Shown here piece by piece: positions 18,106 to 26,750 of a DNA stretch of 64,000 bases (the stretch's first letter is position 1; every line of letters begins with the position of its first letter). A program made the translations under genes and the position numbers. A model generated the notes under the pieces. It was not told where the DNA came from and made no database searches. It saw only the letters and a program-made list of their open reading frames with translations. The stretch is from Gemmatimonadales bacterium. Lineage in GTDB: Bacteria > Gemmatimonadota > Gemmatimonadetes > Gemmatimonadales > GWC2-71-9. The stretch lies in the NCBI GenBank assembly GCA_025935995.1, contig JAICUF010000002.1:11680-75679 (forward strand). The letters run 5' to 3'.

Positions 18106-18717
18106 ATGAGGCGAACCGTACGACTGCCGCTACTCGCGTCGCTCGCCATCACCGCCCCCGTGGCGGCCCAGAACCCGCCCTCGGTGCCGCGCGCCATCAC
18201 GCTGCCGGATACGATGGGCGCCGACTTCGCGGCGGCGGACACCCTCACCGGAACCAGCGGGCCCACGGACTACGATTTCCTCGTCGGCGTCTGGAGCTTC
18301 ACCTTCCAGTCCCGAAACCAGAGCGGGACCTTCACGCCGGCGTTCACCGGACACTGGGTCTTCACGAAGAAGCAGACCGGCGACCAGGGCGTGCTGCTGG
18401 AGGACCACTGGCGCCCGGACAACCCGACCTCCACCTGGGACGCGGGCACCTGGACCTATCGCGCGTTCAACCCTCAGCGCAGGATCTGGGAGATGGAAGG
18501 GATCAACACCGCGCGCGGCGCGTGGCAGCCCGGGCTCATGTGGACCGCGGGCGACAGCCGGCTCCTCACGGAGTGGTACGGACCGATGCTGGTCCGCTTC
18601 CGCTACTTCGCGATCCAGCCCGACCGGTTCCTCTGGCGGGCCGATGCTACATTCGATCGGGGCAAGACCTGGATCAGGGACTACTGGACGATGGAAGCAC
18701 ACCGGATATCGAGGTGA
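18106..18717 (+). CDS. secreted hypothetical protein
   Basis: A GGAGGAG SD lies 7 nt upstream of the ATG at 18106. Signal peptide MRRTVRLPLLASLAITAPVAAQ. Trp/Thr-rich beta-type sequence; family not recognised. Confidence 0.6.
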   Translation: MRRTVRLPLLASLAITAPVAAQNPPSVPRAITLPDTMGADFAAADTLTGTSGPTDYDFLVGVWSFTFQSRNQSGTFTPAFTGHWVFTKKQTGDQGVLLEDHWRPDNPTSTWDAGTWTYRAFNPQRRIWEMEGINTARGAWQPGLMWTAGDSRLLTEWYGPMLVRFRYFAIQPDRFLWRADATFDRGKTWIRDYWTMEAHRISR

Positions 18718-18724
18718 ATGTCAC

Positions 18725-19183
18725 ATGAGCCCGAAGAAGCAGGCGCGGAAGGCGGCGAAGGGCGCCGGCAGCGAGTCGAAGTCGTCGAAGGGATTCAGTG
18801 CCGAGGAGCGGGAGGCGATGAAGGAGCGTGCCCGGGAGCTCAAGTCGGACGGCGGCGAAGCCGACGTGCTCGCGAAGATCGCCGCGATGAGTGAGCCCGA
18901 TCGCGGCATGGCAGCGCGCGTGCACGAGATCGTCAAGGCCGGCGCCCCCAGTCTCTCGCCGAAGACCTGGTACGGCATGCCCGCGTACGCCAGGGACGGC
19001 AACGTCGTCTGCTACTTCCAGGCGGCGTCGAAGTTCAAGGCCCGGTATGCCACCTTCGGCTTCAGCGACAAGGCGAACCTCGACGAGGGGGAGATGTGGC
19101 CGGTCGCCTTTGCACTGAAGCGGCTCACCGCGGCCGAAGAGGCAACCATCGTGGCACTCGTGAAGAAGGCGGCAGGATCATGA
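18725..19183 (+). CDS. DUF1801 (YdhG-like) domain protein with Lys-rich N-terminal tail
   Basis: ...VHEIVKAGAPSLSPKTWYGMPAYARDGNVVCYFQAASKFKARYATFGF.... Third DUF1801 paralogue in the window. Confidence 0.75.
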   Translation: MSPKKQARKAAKGAGSESKSSKGFSAEEREAMKERARELKSDGGEADVLAKIAAMSEPDRGMAARVHEIVKAGAPSLSPKTWYGMPAYARDGNVVCYFQAASKFKARYATFGFSDKANLDEGEMWPVAFALKRLTAAEEATIVALVKKAAGS

Positions 19184-19193
19184 GGAGGGCACC

Positions 19194-19685
19194 ATGACGC
19201 GGTCTGCTCGTCGCTGGAGGCTCGCCGCCGCGGCCATGTGCGCCGCCTTGCCGATGCGCGGCGCCGCTCAATCACCGCCGCAGGACACGTCCGGCGCCGC
19301 GCTCCGCCAGATGCTGTCCGAACGGTATGAGCGCTACGCCACGGCCTTCGCGGCCGCGAATCCCGAGGCCGTCGCCGCGCTCTACGACACCGCCGGCAGC
19401 CGCCTCTACACCGGCGGCGTGACTGTGCGCGGACGCGCGGCGATCGCGGCCGACTTGCGGAGCTTCCTCAGGGCCGTCGGGCCAGTGAAGGTGAAGATCG
19501 GCGTTCGCGACGCGTGGCAGCTGGGCGATCTGCTCTACGAGGCCGGGGACTGGTCCTACGCATTCACGCCTCCCGGCAAGGCGCTGACGACGCTGACCGG
19601 CCAGTATCTGACGGTCTGGAAGCGGCAGGAGGACCGGTCGTGGCTCATCCTCGCCGACGTCGCCATCCCGCCGCCCGCGGCCTAG
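19194..19685 (+). CDS. SnoaL-like/DUF4440 (NTF2-fold) protein, secreted
   Basis: Signal peptide, then ...YATAFAAANPEAVAALYDTAGS...GRAAIAADLRSF...YLTVWKRQEDRSWLILADV..., the typical DUF4440 pattern. Confidence 0.7.
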   Translation: MTRSARRWRLAAAAMCAALPMRGAAQSPPQDTSGAALRQMLSERYERYATAFAAANPEAVAALYDTAGSRLYTGGVTVRGRAAIAADLRSFLRAVGPVKVKIGVRDAWQLGDLLYEAGDWSYAFTPPGKALTTLTGQYLTVWKRQEDRSWLILADVAIPPPAA

Positions 19686-19703
19686 CCGCACACAACGGAC
19701 GAC

Positions 19704-19745
19704 TTGCCACCGGCCCGCCACCAGCGTACTTTATCATGCAAAGTA
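19704..19745 (+). promoter_or_regulatory. putative promoter (TTGCCA-17 nt-TACTTT) overlapping an AT-rich palindrome TACTTT-n7-AAAGTA (19727-19745)
   Basis: This is the only AT-rich patch in the 19685-19780 intergenic region, upstream of the membrane-protein gene at 19780. Hexamers and spacing were read directly. Confidence 0.25.
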
Positions 19746-19779
19746 GCTGGCCGTTGACTGCCTGTGGCCCGGGAGGGGC

Positions 19780-20367
19780 GTGATGACCGACGAGAGAAGC
19801 CGAACGCTGCGCGCCATCCTCCGGACCGCCCTGCTCTGGAGCGCGGCCTGGGGTGTCGCGGGGGGCGGACTGATGGCCGTCCTCACCATCGTCGACCCGG
19901 CGCCGGGCGCCGCGTCGCTGGCCGGGCGCCTCGGAATGGCGGTCCTCGCCGGCATCGGCTGGGGCCTCCGCTTCGCCCTCGCGGGCGCCGTGGTCGGCAG
20001 CATCTTCTCCAGCGTCATCCGGCTCGGCTACCGCGGCCGACGGCTGGCGGACATCAACCCGGTCCGGTTCGCGCTGCTCGGCGCGATCGTCGGCGGGGTC
20101 GGCGTGCCGCTCTACCTCCAGACGATGAACGTGATCACGGGCGGGCACACCATCGCGTGGGGCCTCGTCACCGACGACGCCGTCTGGGCGTCGGTCTTCG
20201 GCGCCGCCGTGGCCGCCGGATCCATCCTCCTCGCGCGGCGGGCCGATGCGCTGTCGGCCGGCACGCATCGTGATGTCCTCGCGCACGGCAGCGACCTCGG
20301 CGACACGGTATCCGTGGGCCGTCAGGAAGTCTCGACCCCGCAGCGCTCGGGCCCGGCCCGCTCGTGA
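19780..20367 (+). CDS. hypothetical polytopic membrane protein
   Basis: 195-aa ORF with four Gly/Ala-rich hydrophobic helices. No family recognised. Confidence 0.5.
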   Translation: MMTDERSRTLRAILRTALLWSAAWGVAGGGLMAVLTIVDPAPGAASLAGRLGMAVLAGIGWGLRFALAGAVVGSIFSSVIRLGYRGRRLADINPVRFALLGAIVGGVGVPLYLQTMNVITGGHTIAWGLVTDDAVWASVFGAAVAAGSILLARRADALSAGTHRDVLAHGSDLGDTVSVGRQEVSTPQRSGPARS

Positions 20368-20542
20368 GTCCGGCGGGGTATTCTCCCCGCCTTCACCCCA
20401 CTCCGCCGCCCGTCCGCCCTGTCCGTCCCACCGCTTGTCGATTTCCGTCCCGGCCATTCGACCTATACTCAGAGCGGCCACCCGGCCGCTCGACGGCCGG
20501 CGGCCGGACGACTCGACGGTTCAACGATCCAGGAGCCATCCC

Positions 20543-20926
20543 ATGCGGTACATGATGTTCATCAAGCACCCGGGCGACTATTCCATGAGCGAAGTCCCGG
20601 AGTCTCTCTTCGGCGCGATGGGCGACTTCGTCGAGGAGCAGATCCGGAAGGGAATGTTCATTGACGGCGCGGGGCTGCAGCCGCTCGCGAAGGCCACGCG
20701 CGTGCGGCTGAGCGGCGGGAAGATCACCGTGACCGACGGCCCCTTCAGCGAGGCCAAGGAAGTGGTCGGCGGCTACTCCCTGATCGAGGCTCCGAGCCAC
20801 GCCGAGGCCATCGCGCTGGCACGGCAGTTCATGGAGCTGCACCGCGTGCACTGGCCGGCATTCGAGGGGGAGTGCGAGGTCCGCCCGCTCGAGCAGATGG
20901 ACGACCCGCCGGCCGGCGCGCGGTAG
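20543..20926 (+). CDS. YciI-like (DGPF domain) protein
   Basis: An AGGAG SD precedes the ATG at 20543. MRYMMFIKHP...ITVTDGPFSEAKEVVGGYSLIEAPSHAEAIALARQF... is the YCII-related signature. Confidence 0.8.
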   Translation: MRYMMFIKHPGDYSMSEVPESLFGAMGDFVEEQIRKGMFIDGAGLQPLAKATRVRLSGGKITVTDGPFSEAKEVVGGYSLIEAPSHAEAIALARQFMELHRVHWPAFEGECEVRPLEQMDDPPAGAR

Positions 20927-20932
20927 CGATCC

Positions 20933-22612
20933 TCAGCTCCCGGGTGCCGCCGGCGCGGCCGTGACGTAGAAGACGGGATCGATCCGGAGCTCGGCCCCGG
21001 CGGGCAGCGAGGACGGGACGGTCTGCCACGTCTCCGTCGGCCTGATGCGCTCGTACCCGTCGGCGCGGAGCCCGACGCGCACCGGCATGTCGAATCCGGG
21101 GACGACGTTGGTCCAGCGATACGAGAGCGCCCTGCCGTCGAAGCGGTACTCCAGCACCGGGATCTTCGTCGTTTCCTGATACTGGACGAAGATCTTCGAC
21201 AGGTCGGTGCCGGTGGACTGGCTCATGTAGTCGCGGATCTGACTGGCCGTGACCGTCTGGTGGCCGAAGGTGCTGTTGAGTCCGCGGAGCATCGCCAGCC
21301 ACTTCGCGTCGTCGTTCACCACGGCGCGCATCGTCATCAGCATGTTCGCGCCCTTGGGATAGCGATCCTGCGAGCGCGGCGTGTCGTTCACGCCGTACGT
21401 CCCGATGATCGGCGTGTCGTTCCGGATCATCCGCCGCACGCCCACCAGGTACTTCTCCGCCGATGCCCGGTCCCTGGTGCACTCCAGGTAGAGCGCCTCG
21501 GCGTACATGCCGAAGCTCTCGTGGATCCACATGTCGGCGTGATCCTTCGCGCTGATGCTGTTGCCCCACCATTCGTGCGCGCTCTCGTGCACGATGATGT
21601 AATCCCACGACATCCCCTCGCCCGTGGCCGAGAGATCGCGGCCCAGGTAGCCGCGCAGGTAGCGGTTGCCGTAGGCGATGCCGCTCTGGTGCTCCATGCC
21701 GAGGTAGGGCACCTCGATCAGCTTGTAGCCGTCGCGGTACCAGGGATAGGGCCCGAACCAGTGCTCGTGGCAGCGGAGCATCTCCTTCACCTCGGGCATG
21801 AGGGCCCGCGCATCCTTCTCGTGCGGCCGGAGCGCCCAGAACTCGAGCGTGAGCTTGCCCTCCTCGCCGTTGAACTCGTCGCGCACCGGCACGTAGGCCG
21901 GCGAGGCGTTGACGGCGACGTCGTAGGTGTTGATCGGGTCGGCGACGAACCACTCGAAGGTGGAAGTGCCGTCTGCGTTCTTCACGGTCGAGCGAAGGCG
22001 GCCGTTGGAGACGTCGATCATCGGGTCGGGCACGGTGATGGCGATGCGCTGGCTGTCGGGCTCGTCGGCGGGAAGATCCTTGAGCGGCCACCAGGTGCTG
22101 GCGCCGGGCCCCTCGTTCGACGTCGCGATCCAGGGCGCGCCGGCGCTGTCCACCGCCCAGTGCACCGGTCCCGCGTTCCGGCGGCGGGAGGCGGTGTCGC
22201 CGGGAGCGCCTCGCCAGTTGCCGTGGTACCAGACGGTGATGGTGTCATGGTCGCCGGCCTTGCCAGCGGCCGGCACGCTCACGAAGAAGGCGTTGCCATC
22301 CCGGCGGTACTGCAGTCGCGCGTGCTGCTGGACGATGCTGTCCACCTCGAGCGGCACCTGCAGATCGATCTGCATCTCGGTGGCCGGCTGGAGGACGCGG
22401 TAGGTGATCGCGTTGTGGCCGCTGATGCTCGAGTCGGCCGGATCGAGGCGGACGTGCAGGTCGTAGAACTCGGCGTCCCACCAGGCGCGGCCGGGGCCGT
22501 TGGATCCGCGGAGTGTGTCGGCGTGGGTGAAGACGCGCGGGGTCTGCGCGGCGAGCGCCGCCGACCACACGAGGCAGGCGGCAGGCACGAGGACGAACGC
22601 GAATCGGCGCAT
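20933..22612 (-). CDS. M1 family metallopeptidase (aminopeptidase N-like), secreted
   Basis: Signal peptide MRRFAFVLVPAACLVWSAALAAQ. Zinc motif ...IIVHESAHEWWGNSIS...WIHESFGMYAE (HExxH-x18-E). Confidence 0.9.
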   Translation of the reverse strand: MRRFAFVLVPAACLVWSAALAAQTPRVFTHADTLRGSNGPGRAWWDAEFYDLHVRLDPADSSISGHNAITYRVLQPATEMQIDLQVPLEVDSIVQQHARLQYRRDGNAFFVSVPAAGKAGDHDTITVWYHGNWRGAPGDTASRRRNAGPVHWAVDSAGAPWIATSNEGPGASTWWPLKDLPADEPDSQRIAITVPDPMIDVSNGRLRSTVKNADGTSTFEWFVADPINTYDVAVNASPAYVPVRDEFNGEEGKLTLEFWALRPHEKDARALMPEVKEMLRCHEHWFGPYPWYRDGYKLIEVPYLGMEHQSGIAYGNRYLRGYLGRDLSATGEGMSWDYIIVHESAHEWWGNSISAKDHADMWIHESFGMYAEALYLECTRDRASAEKYLVGVRRMIRNDTPIIGTYGVNDTPRSQDRYPKGANMLMTMRAVVNDDAKWLAMLRGLNSTFGHQTVTASQIRDYMSQSTGTDLSKIFVQYQETTKIPVLEYRFDGRALSYRWTNVVPGFDMPVRVGLRADGYERIRPTETWQTVPSSLPAGAELRIDPVFYVTAAPAAPGS

Positions 22613-22669
22613 CGGTGTCCGGGAAGGCGGGGAGGACTGAAGAGGGTGCGCCGAACGATATCCGATGCG

Positions 22670-25378
22670 CTACTCCATCCGCAACGCCTCCGTCGGCTCC
22701 ACGCCGAGCGCCCGCCGCGTCGGCACGACGCAGGCGAGCAGACACACGCCGAGCATCAGGACCGCGTAGGCCACGAGGAGCGCCACCTGCGCCGGCGATA
22801 TCCGGGCATCGGACAGATTGATGCCCTGGTCGGGGGCCCACCCGCTCGCCGCGACGGTGCCGGCCGCGATGAGGATCGTCCCCGCGAGCACGCCGAGCCC
22901 GACCTGCGTCAGCGGACGCCGGAAGATGGCGGTGACGACGCGCCGCCGGCTCGCGCCGAGCGCGACTCGTACTCCGATCTCGCGCGTCCGCCGCGCGACC
23001 GTGAACGACAGGACCGCGTAGATGCCCGCGAGCGAGAGCAGGAGCGCGATCGCGGTGAGGAGGACGGTGAGCCGGATCCAGAGGCCGACGGCCCAGAGGA
23101 TCGGATCCGTCACCTTGTCCAGCCGCTGCACTTCCGAGACCCTCAGCGTCGGATCCACCGCGCTTGCGATCGAGCGGATGCGCGGCCCCAGCGCGGTCGG
23201 GTCGCCGCGGCCGTGCACGATCAGCTGCGTCTCGTCGGCGCTGCCGGGGGCGGCGGGGAAATAGAGGCCTGCCGCGCGGCCGCGCTCCGTCGCGCTGCCC
23301 ATGCCGAGATCCCGGACGACACCGACGATCTCGTACCAGGGGCGCGGCTCCTCGGCGCCGCCGTCGCTGGCCCCCGGCCGGGCCGCGTAGCGCAGCCGGC
23401 GGCCGATCGCGTTGTGCCCCGCGAGCACCTGGTCCACGAACCCCTGGTCCACGATCACGGCCCGCGAATCGGGTGTCAGGTCGCCGGTGTCGAAGGGGCG
23501 GCCGGTGAGGACCGGCGCCTGCAGCACCGCGAAATAGGCGGGATCGATCGCCGCGATGGCGACCTCATGCTGCGTGGAGTCGCCGTCCAGCTCGACATTG
23601 CGCTCGGCGTGGCCCATTCGCGGCAGCCGATCGGCGAAGGTCGTGCCGTCGACGCCCGGCTCCGCCGCCACCCGCCGGCGCAGCTCCTGGAGCGACGCGC
23701 CGAACCGGGCGCTGGCGGTGCGCGCGGCGGCCGAGTCGGCTGGGACGTCCATCTCGAGGCGCGCGCCGAGGTACTCGTCGGCCGCGAACCCGCTGTCCAT
23801 CGAGCGGATGCGGACCAGCTCCTGCTGCTCGACGAGGACGATCGCGGGAAAGGCGACCGTGAGCGCGACCTGCGTGATGATGATCGCCGTCCACACGCCG
23901 CCGAAGCGTAGTCCGCCCCCCGCCGTATCCTGCCGGAGCCGCGCTCCGAGGCCCCGTGTGACCTTGAGCGCCGGCATGACGCCGGCGATGAGCGCCCCCA
24001 GCACGGCCAGGGCGACGCCATACACCGCCGTCGCGAAGGACAGGTGCGGGTCGAACCAGAACGGCAGCCGTCCCGCATTCACCCGGAGGAACTCCGCACC
24101 CCATCGGTCGAGCGCGAACCGCGCGGCCGCGAGCCCCAGCGCCGTCGCCACGCCGCCGAGTACCAGCGCCTCGGTGAAGAGCTGCAGGATGATCCGGCCG
24201 CGGCTCGCGCCCAGGGCACTCCGCACCGCCAGCTCGCTCTCGCGCGTGGCCGCCCGGGCGAAGAGGAGCAGGGCCACGTTGCTGCAGACGAGCACGATGA
24301 GCAGGATGACGAAGCCCTGGATCGAGAGCAGGGCCGCGCGCTCGGAGAGCCGGGGCTCGTAGAACTGCTCGGCGTAGCGACCGACCTGCGGCTGCAGGTG
24401 CTCGTGCGTGCTCACATGCTCGCGGGCCGCGCGCCGGCCCAGCGTCGCCAGCTCAGCGCGCGCCTGCTCCAGCGTGATGCCGGGCGCGAGCCGGCCGAAG
24501 ATGGTGATCGCGGGGCCCGCGCGCGGTGCCTGATCGTAGAGGTCGGGCCGAAGGGGTGTCCACAGCTCGTGGGCGACCGGGAATCCGAATCCCTTGGGCA
24601 TCACGCCGACCACGCTGGCGAAGGTGCCCCCGAGCGCGACGCTCCGGCCCACCACCTGCGAGTCGCTTCCGAAGCGGGTCCGCCACAGATCGTATCCGAG
24701 AACCACGACGGGCGGCGCGCCAGCGGCTTCGTCGGCGGCGATGAGCGCGCGACCCAGGAGCGGCTGTGCGGGCGCGATCCGGAACGCCGACGCCGTGATC
24801 TCGGCGACGGCGGCCGGGCGGACGTCGCCATCGGGGGAGACGAGGTTCTGCACGACGTCCCGATACGCGCCGAGGTCGGTCACGGAGGTGAGCGACCTGC
24901 GCCAGGCAAGGAAATCGCTCAGCGCCCGCGGCTCCGGGCTGCTGGTCGCCATGTCCCAGTTCCGGAGCAGCACGACGCGGTCGCCGCCCGGAAGCGGCAG
25001 GGTGGGGTGGGCCACCAGCGACGACAGCTCGAAGCTGACGGCGCCGACCCAGATGCCGAAGGCCATCGCCAGCCCGCCGACGATCGTGAGGCCGGGATAC
25101 TTGATCAGCATCCGGAAGCCGAGCCGGAAGTCGAGCGAGAGGCCGCCGAGCCACGCCAGCCCGCGGCCGGCGCGGAGCGCCTCCTTGTGCTGCTCCGCGC
25201 CGCCGAAGGCCACGTGCGCGCGCCGCCGCGCTTCGGCCGGGTCGAGGCCCGATTCGCGGACCAGCCGCTCGGTTTCCATGTCGAGGTGGAAGCGGAATTC
25301 CCGGTCCATGCGTGATTCGGCGGCGCGGCGGCCAAGCATGAGCCCCGCCCGCGTGCGCGCCGCGTGCAGCCAGCTCAT
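22670..25378 (-). CDS. ADOP-type duplicated MacB/FtsX permease (orphan, no ATPase)
   Basis: 902 aa: ...DREFRFHLDMETERLVRESGLDPAEARRRA... N-terminal region plus two MacB_PCD/FtsX modules. ATGA overlap with the PadR gene at 25375-25378. Confidence 0.9.
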   Translation of the reverse strand: MSWLHAARTRAGLMLGRRAAESRMDREFRFHLDMETERLVRESGLDPAEARRRAHVAFGGAEQHKEALRAGRGLAWLGGLSLDFRLGFRMLIKYPGLTIVGGLAMAFGIWVGAVSFELSSLVAHPTLPLPGGDRVVLLRNWDMATSSPEPRALSDFLAWRRSLTSVTDLGAYRDVVQNLVSPDGDVRPAAVAEITASAFRIAPAQPLLGRALIAADEAAGAPPVVVLGYDLWRTRFGSDSQVVGRSVALGGTFASVVGVMPKGFGFPVAHELWTPLRPDLYDQAPRAGPAITIFGRLAPGITLEQARAELATLGRRAAREHVSTHEHLQPQVGRYAEQFYEPRLSERAALLSIQGFVILLIVLVCSNVALLLFARAATRESELAVRSALGASRGRIILQLFTEALVLGGVATALGLAAARFALDRWGAEFLRVNAGRLPFWFDPHLSFATAVYGVALAVLGALIAGVMPALKVTRGLGARLRQDTAGGGLRFGGVWTAIIITQVALTVAFPAIVLVEQQELVRIRSMDSGFAADEYLGARLEMDVPADSAAARTASARFGASLQELRRRVAAEPGVDGTTFADRLPRMGHAERNVELDGDSTQHEVAIAAIDPAYFAVLQAPVLTGRPFDTGDLTPDSRAVIVDQGFVDQVLAGHNAIGRRLRYAARPGASDGGAEEPRPWYEIVGVVRDLGMGSATERGRAAGLYFPAAPGSADETQLIVHGRGDPTALGPRIRSIASAVDPTLRVSEVQRLDKVTDPILWAVGLWIRLTVLLTAIALLLSLAGIYAVLSFTVARRTREIGVRVALGASRRRVVTAIFRRPLTQVGLGVLAGTILIAAGTVAASGWAPDQGINLSDARISPAQVALLVAYAVLMLGVCLLACVVPTRRALGVEPTEALRME

Positions 25379-25710
25379 GAGGTGCGCAGCACGGTCTCGA
25401 GGCCCGCCGCGAAGCGGCGCCAGCTCTCGACTTCGTGCGCCAGCCCACGCCGGCCCGCGGCCGTGAGCCGGTAGTAGCGTGCCTCACGATTGTTGTCGGT
25501 GGTGCCCCACTCGCTGGTGATGAGCCCCTGCTTCTCGAGCCGCTGCAGCGCGGGGTAGAGCGAGCCCTGGTTTACCGCCAGCGCGCCGTCCGAGATCTGC
25601 TGGACGCGCTGGCTGATGCCCCAGCCGTGCATGGGAGCGAGCGAGAGGGTCTTGAGGACGAGGAGATCGAGCGAGCCCCGGAGGGCGTCGGTCTGCGGGC
25701 GTGCGGCCAC
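25375..25710 (-). CDS. PadR family transcriptional regulator (ADOP-associated type)
   Basis: 111 aa: ...LDLLVLKTLSLAPMHGWGISQRVQQISDGALAVNQGSLYPALQRLEKQGLITSEW...REARYYRLTAAGRRGL.... Paralogous to the 3131-3475 gene. Confidence 0.9.
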   Translation of the reverse strand: MAARPQTDALRGSLDLLVLKTLSLAPMHGWGISQRVQQISDGALAVNQGSLYPALQRLEKQGLITSEWGTTDNNREARYYRLTAAGRRGLAHEVESWRRFAAGLETVLRTS

Positions 25711-25771
25711 GTTCCCTCCGAGGCGGTTACTGTCGCTGTCGAGGGAAGAATGCCCGGGACTTCTCTAGCTG

Positions 25772-26647
25772 TCAAGAGGTCGCGACCGCCCTCGTCCGAC
25801 TCAGAAGTGCCCCGGCCAGCCGCTCGGCGCCCTCGGGCCCCTCGGTGAAGAAGAGATCGGGCTCCAGCATCTCGAGCTCCATCAGGAGCGGCCCGCTCGC
25901 CGTCTCCACCACGTCCACCCGCGCGTACACCCACGGCCGGCCCGCCGCCGCGATCGCCCGCTCGGCAAAGGCGAGGAGCTGCCGTCCGGGGGCGAGCGGC
26001 TCGACGGTGCCGCCGTGATCGTTCTGCACCCGGAATTCGCCGTCGGCCGGCCGCTTGAGCACCGCGTGACTGAACGCGCCCGCGATGAAGACGAGCGAAA
26101 CCTCGCCGCCCGCGATCTCCGGTACGAAGGCCTGGAGGAGCGAGCCCCATCGTTCGAGCGGTCGCCACTGCGGCTCGGCCGGCCGCGTAGCGGCATCGAC
26201 CACGAAGGTGGCGTAGGCCGTCCCCGAGATCCGTGGCTTGAGCACGCCCTTGCCGTCGCCGCACACCTCGGCAAAGGCCGCGGCGCCGGGGCGCTCGCCC
26301 GCCTCGAACCAGCGCGTCCGGGGGAGCGCCACGCCGCGGGCCGCGAGCTCGCGGAGGTAGATCTTGTCGCCGTTCCAGAGGAGCGTTTCGGCGGGATTGC
26401 AGAGCGCGGCCCGCGACGCAGTACGTTCGATCCAGTCGCGGAACTCGGGCCAGTGGAGGTAGTAGTCCCAGGTGGAGCGTGGGGCGACGACCGAGCCCAG
26501 CTCCGGAGTGATCGCGTCCCACGGCGCCACGATCACCTCCGCTCCCCGCTCCTCCAGTGCACGCCGCAGGATCGCGTCGCTGGGCGTGAGGCCGGGCAGG
26601 TGAGCGCAGGTGGCGAGGATGACGCGGGGGGAACCGGGATTCGGCAT
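25772..26647 (-). CDS. ATP-grasp domain protein (RimK/glutathione-synthetase-like, function unknown)
   Basis: Start at MPNPGSPRVILATC.... ...GVLKPRISGTAY...GEVSLVFIAGAFSHAVLKRPADGEFRVQNDHGG...YARVDVVETASGPLLMELEMLEPDLFF is an ATP-grasp C-terminal pattern. Confidence 0.7.
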   Translation of the reverse strand: MPNPGSPRVILATCAHLPGLTPSDAILRRALEERGAEVIVAPWDAITPELGSVVAPRSTWDYYLHWPEFRDWIERTASRAALCNPAETLLWNGDKIYLRELAARGVALPRTRWFEAGERPGAAAFAEVCGDGKGVLKPRISGTAYATFVVDAATRPAEPQWRPLERWGSLLQAFVPEIAGGEVSLVFIAGAFSHAVLKRPADGEFRVQNDHGGTVEPLAPGRQLLAFAERAIAAAGRPWVYARVDVVETASGPLLMELEMLEPDLFFTEGPEGAERLAGALLSRTRAVATS

Positions 26648-26750
26648 GGCGCGTAGAATACCGCCGCAAGGGTGGCGGTCCAACGGGGCCGAGCGCATAC
26701 TTGAGCGTTCCGCACCCAGCGTCCTCACCATCGAATCTCAGGCCGTCCGC

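Noticed and set aside
20367-20543. 176-nt leader upstream of the YciI-like gene as a possible riboswitch or small RNA
   Set aside because: I saw only a short GCGGCC-ACCC-GGCCGC hairpin and a TATACT hexamer. There is no recognisable riboswitch core and the region is too short to argue from sequence alone.
21260-23911. 883-aa plus-strand ORF, and similar long alternates (26760-29138, 29359-31671, 31482-33746, 44391-46169, 48444-50666, 53724-56105, 57260-59119)
   Set aside because: All are antisense or out-of-frame shadows of genes carrying clear catalytic motifs (M1 HExxH, DPP-IV GWSGG, transglutaminase Cys, M50 HELGH, SARP, UvrA Walker motifs). None has a motif of its own.
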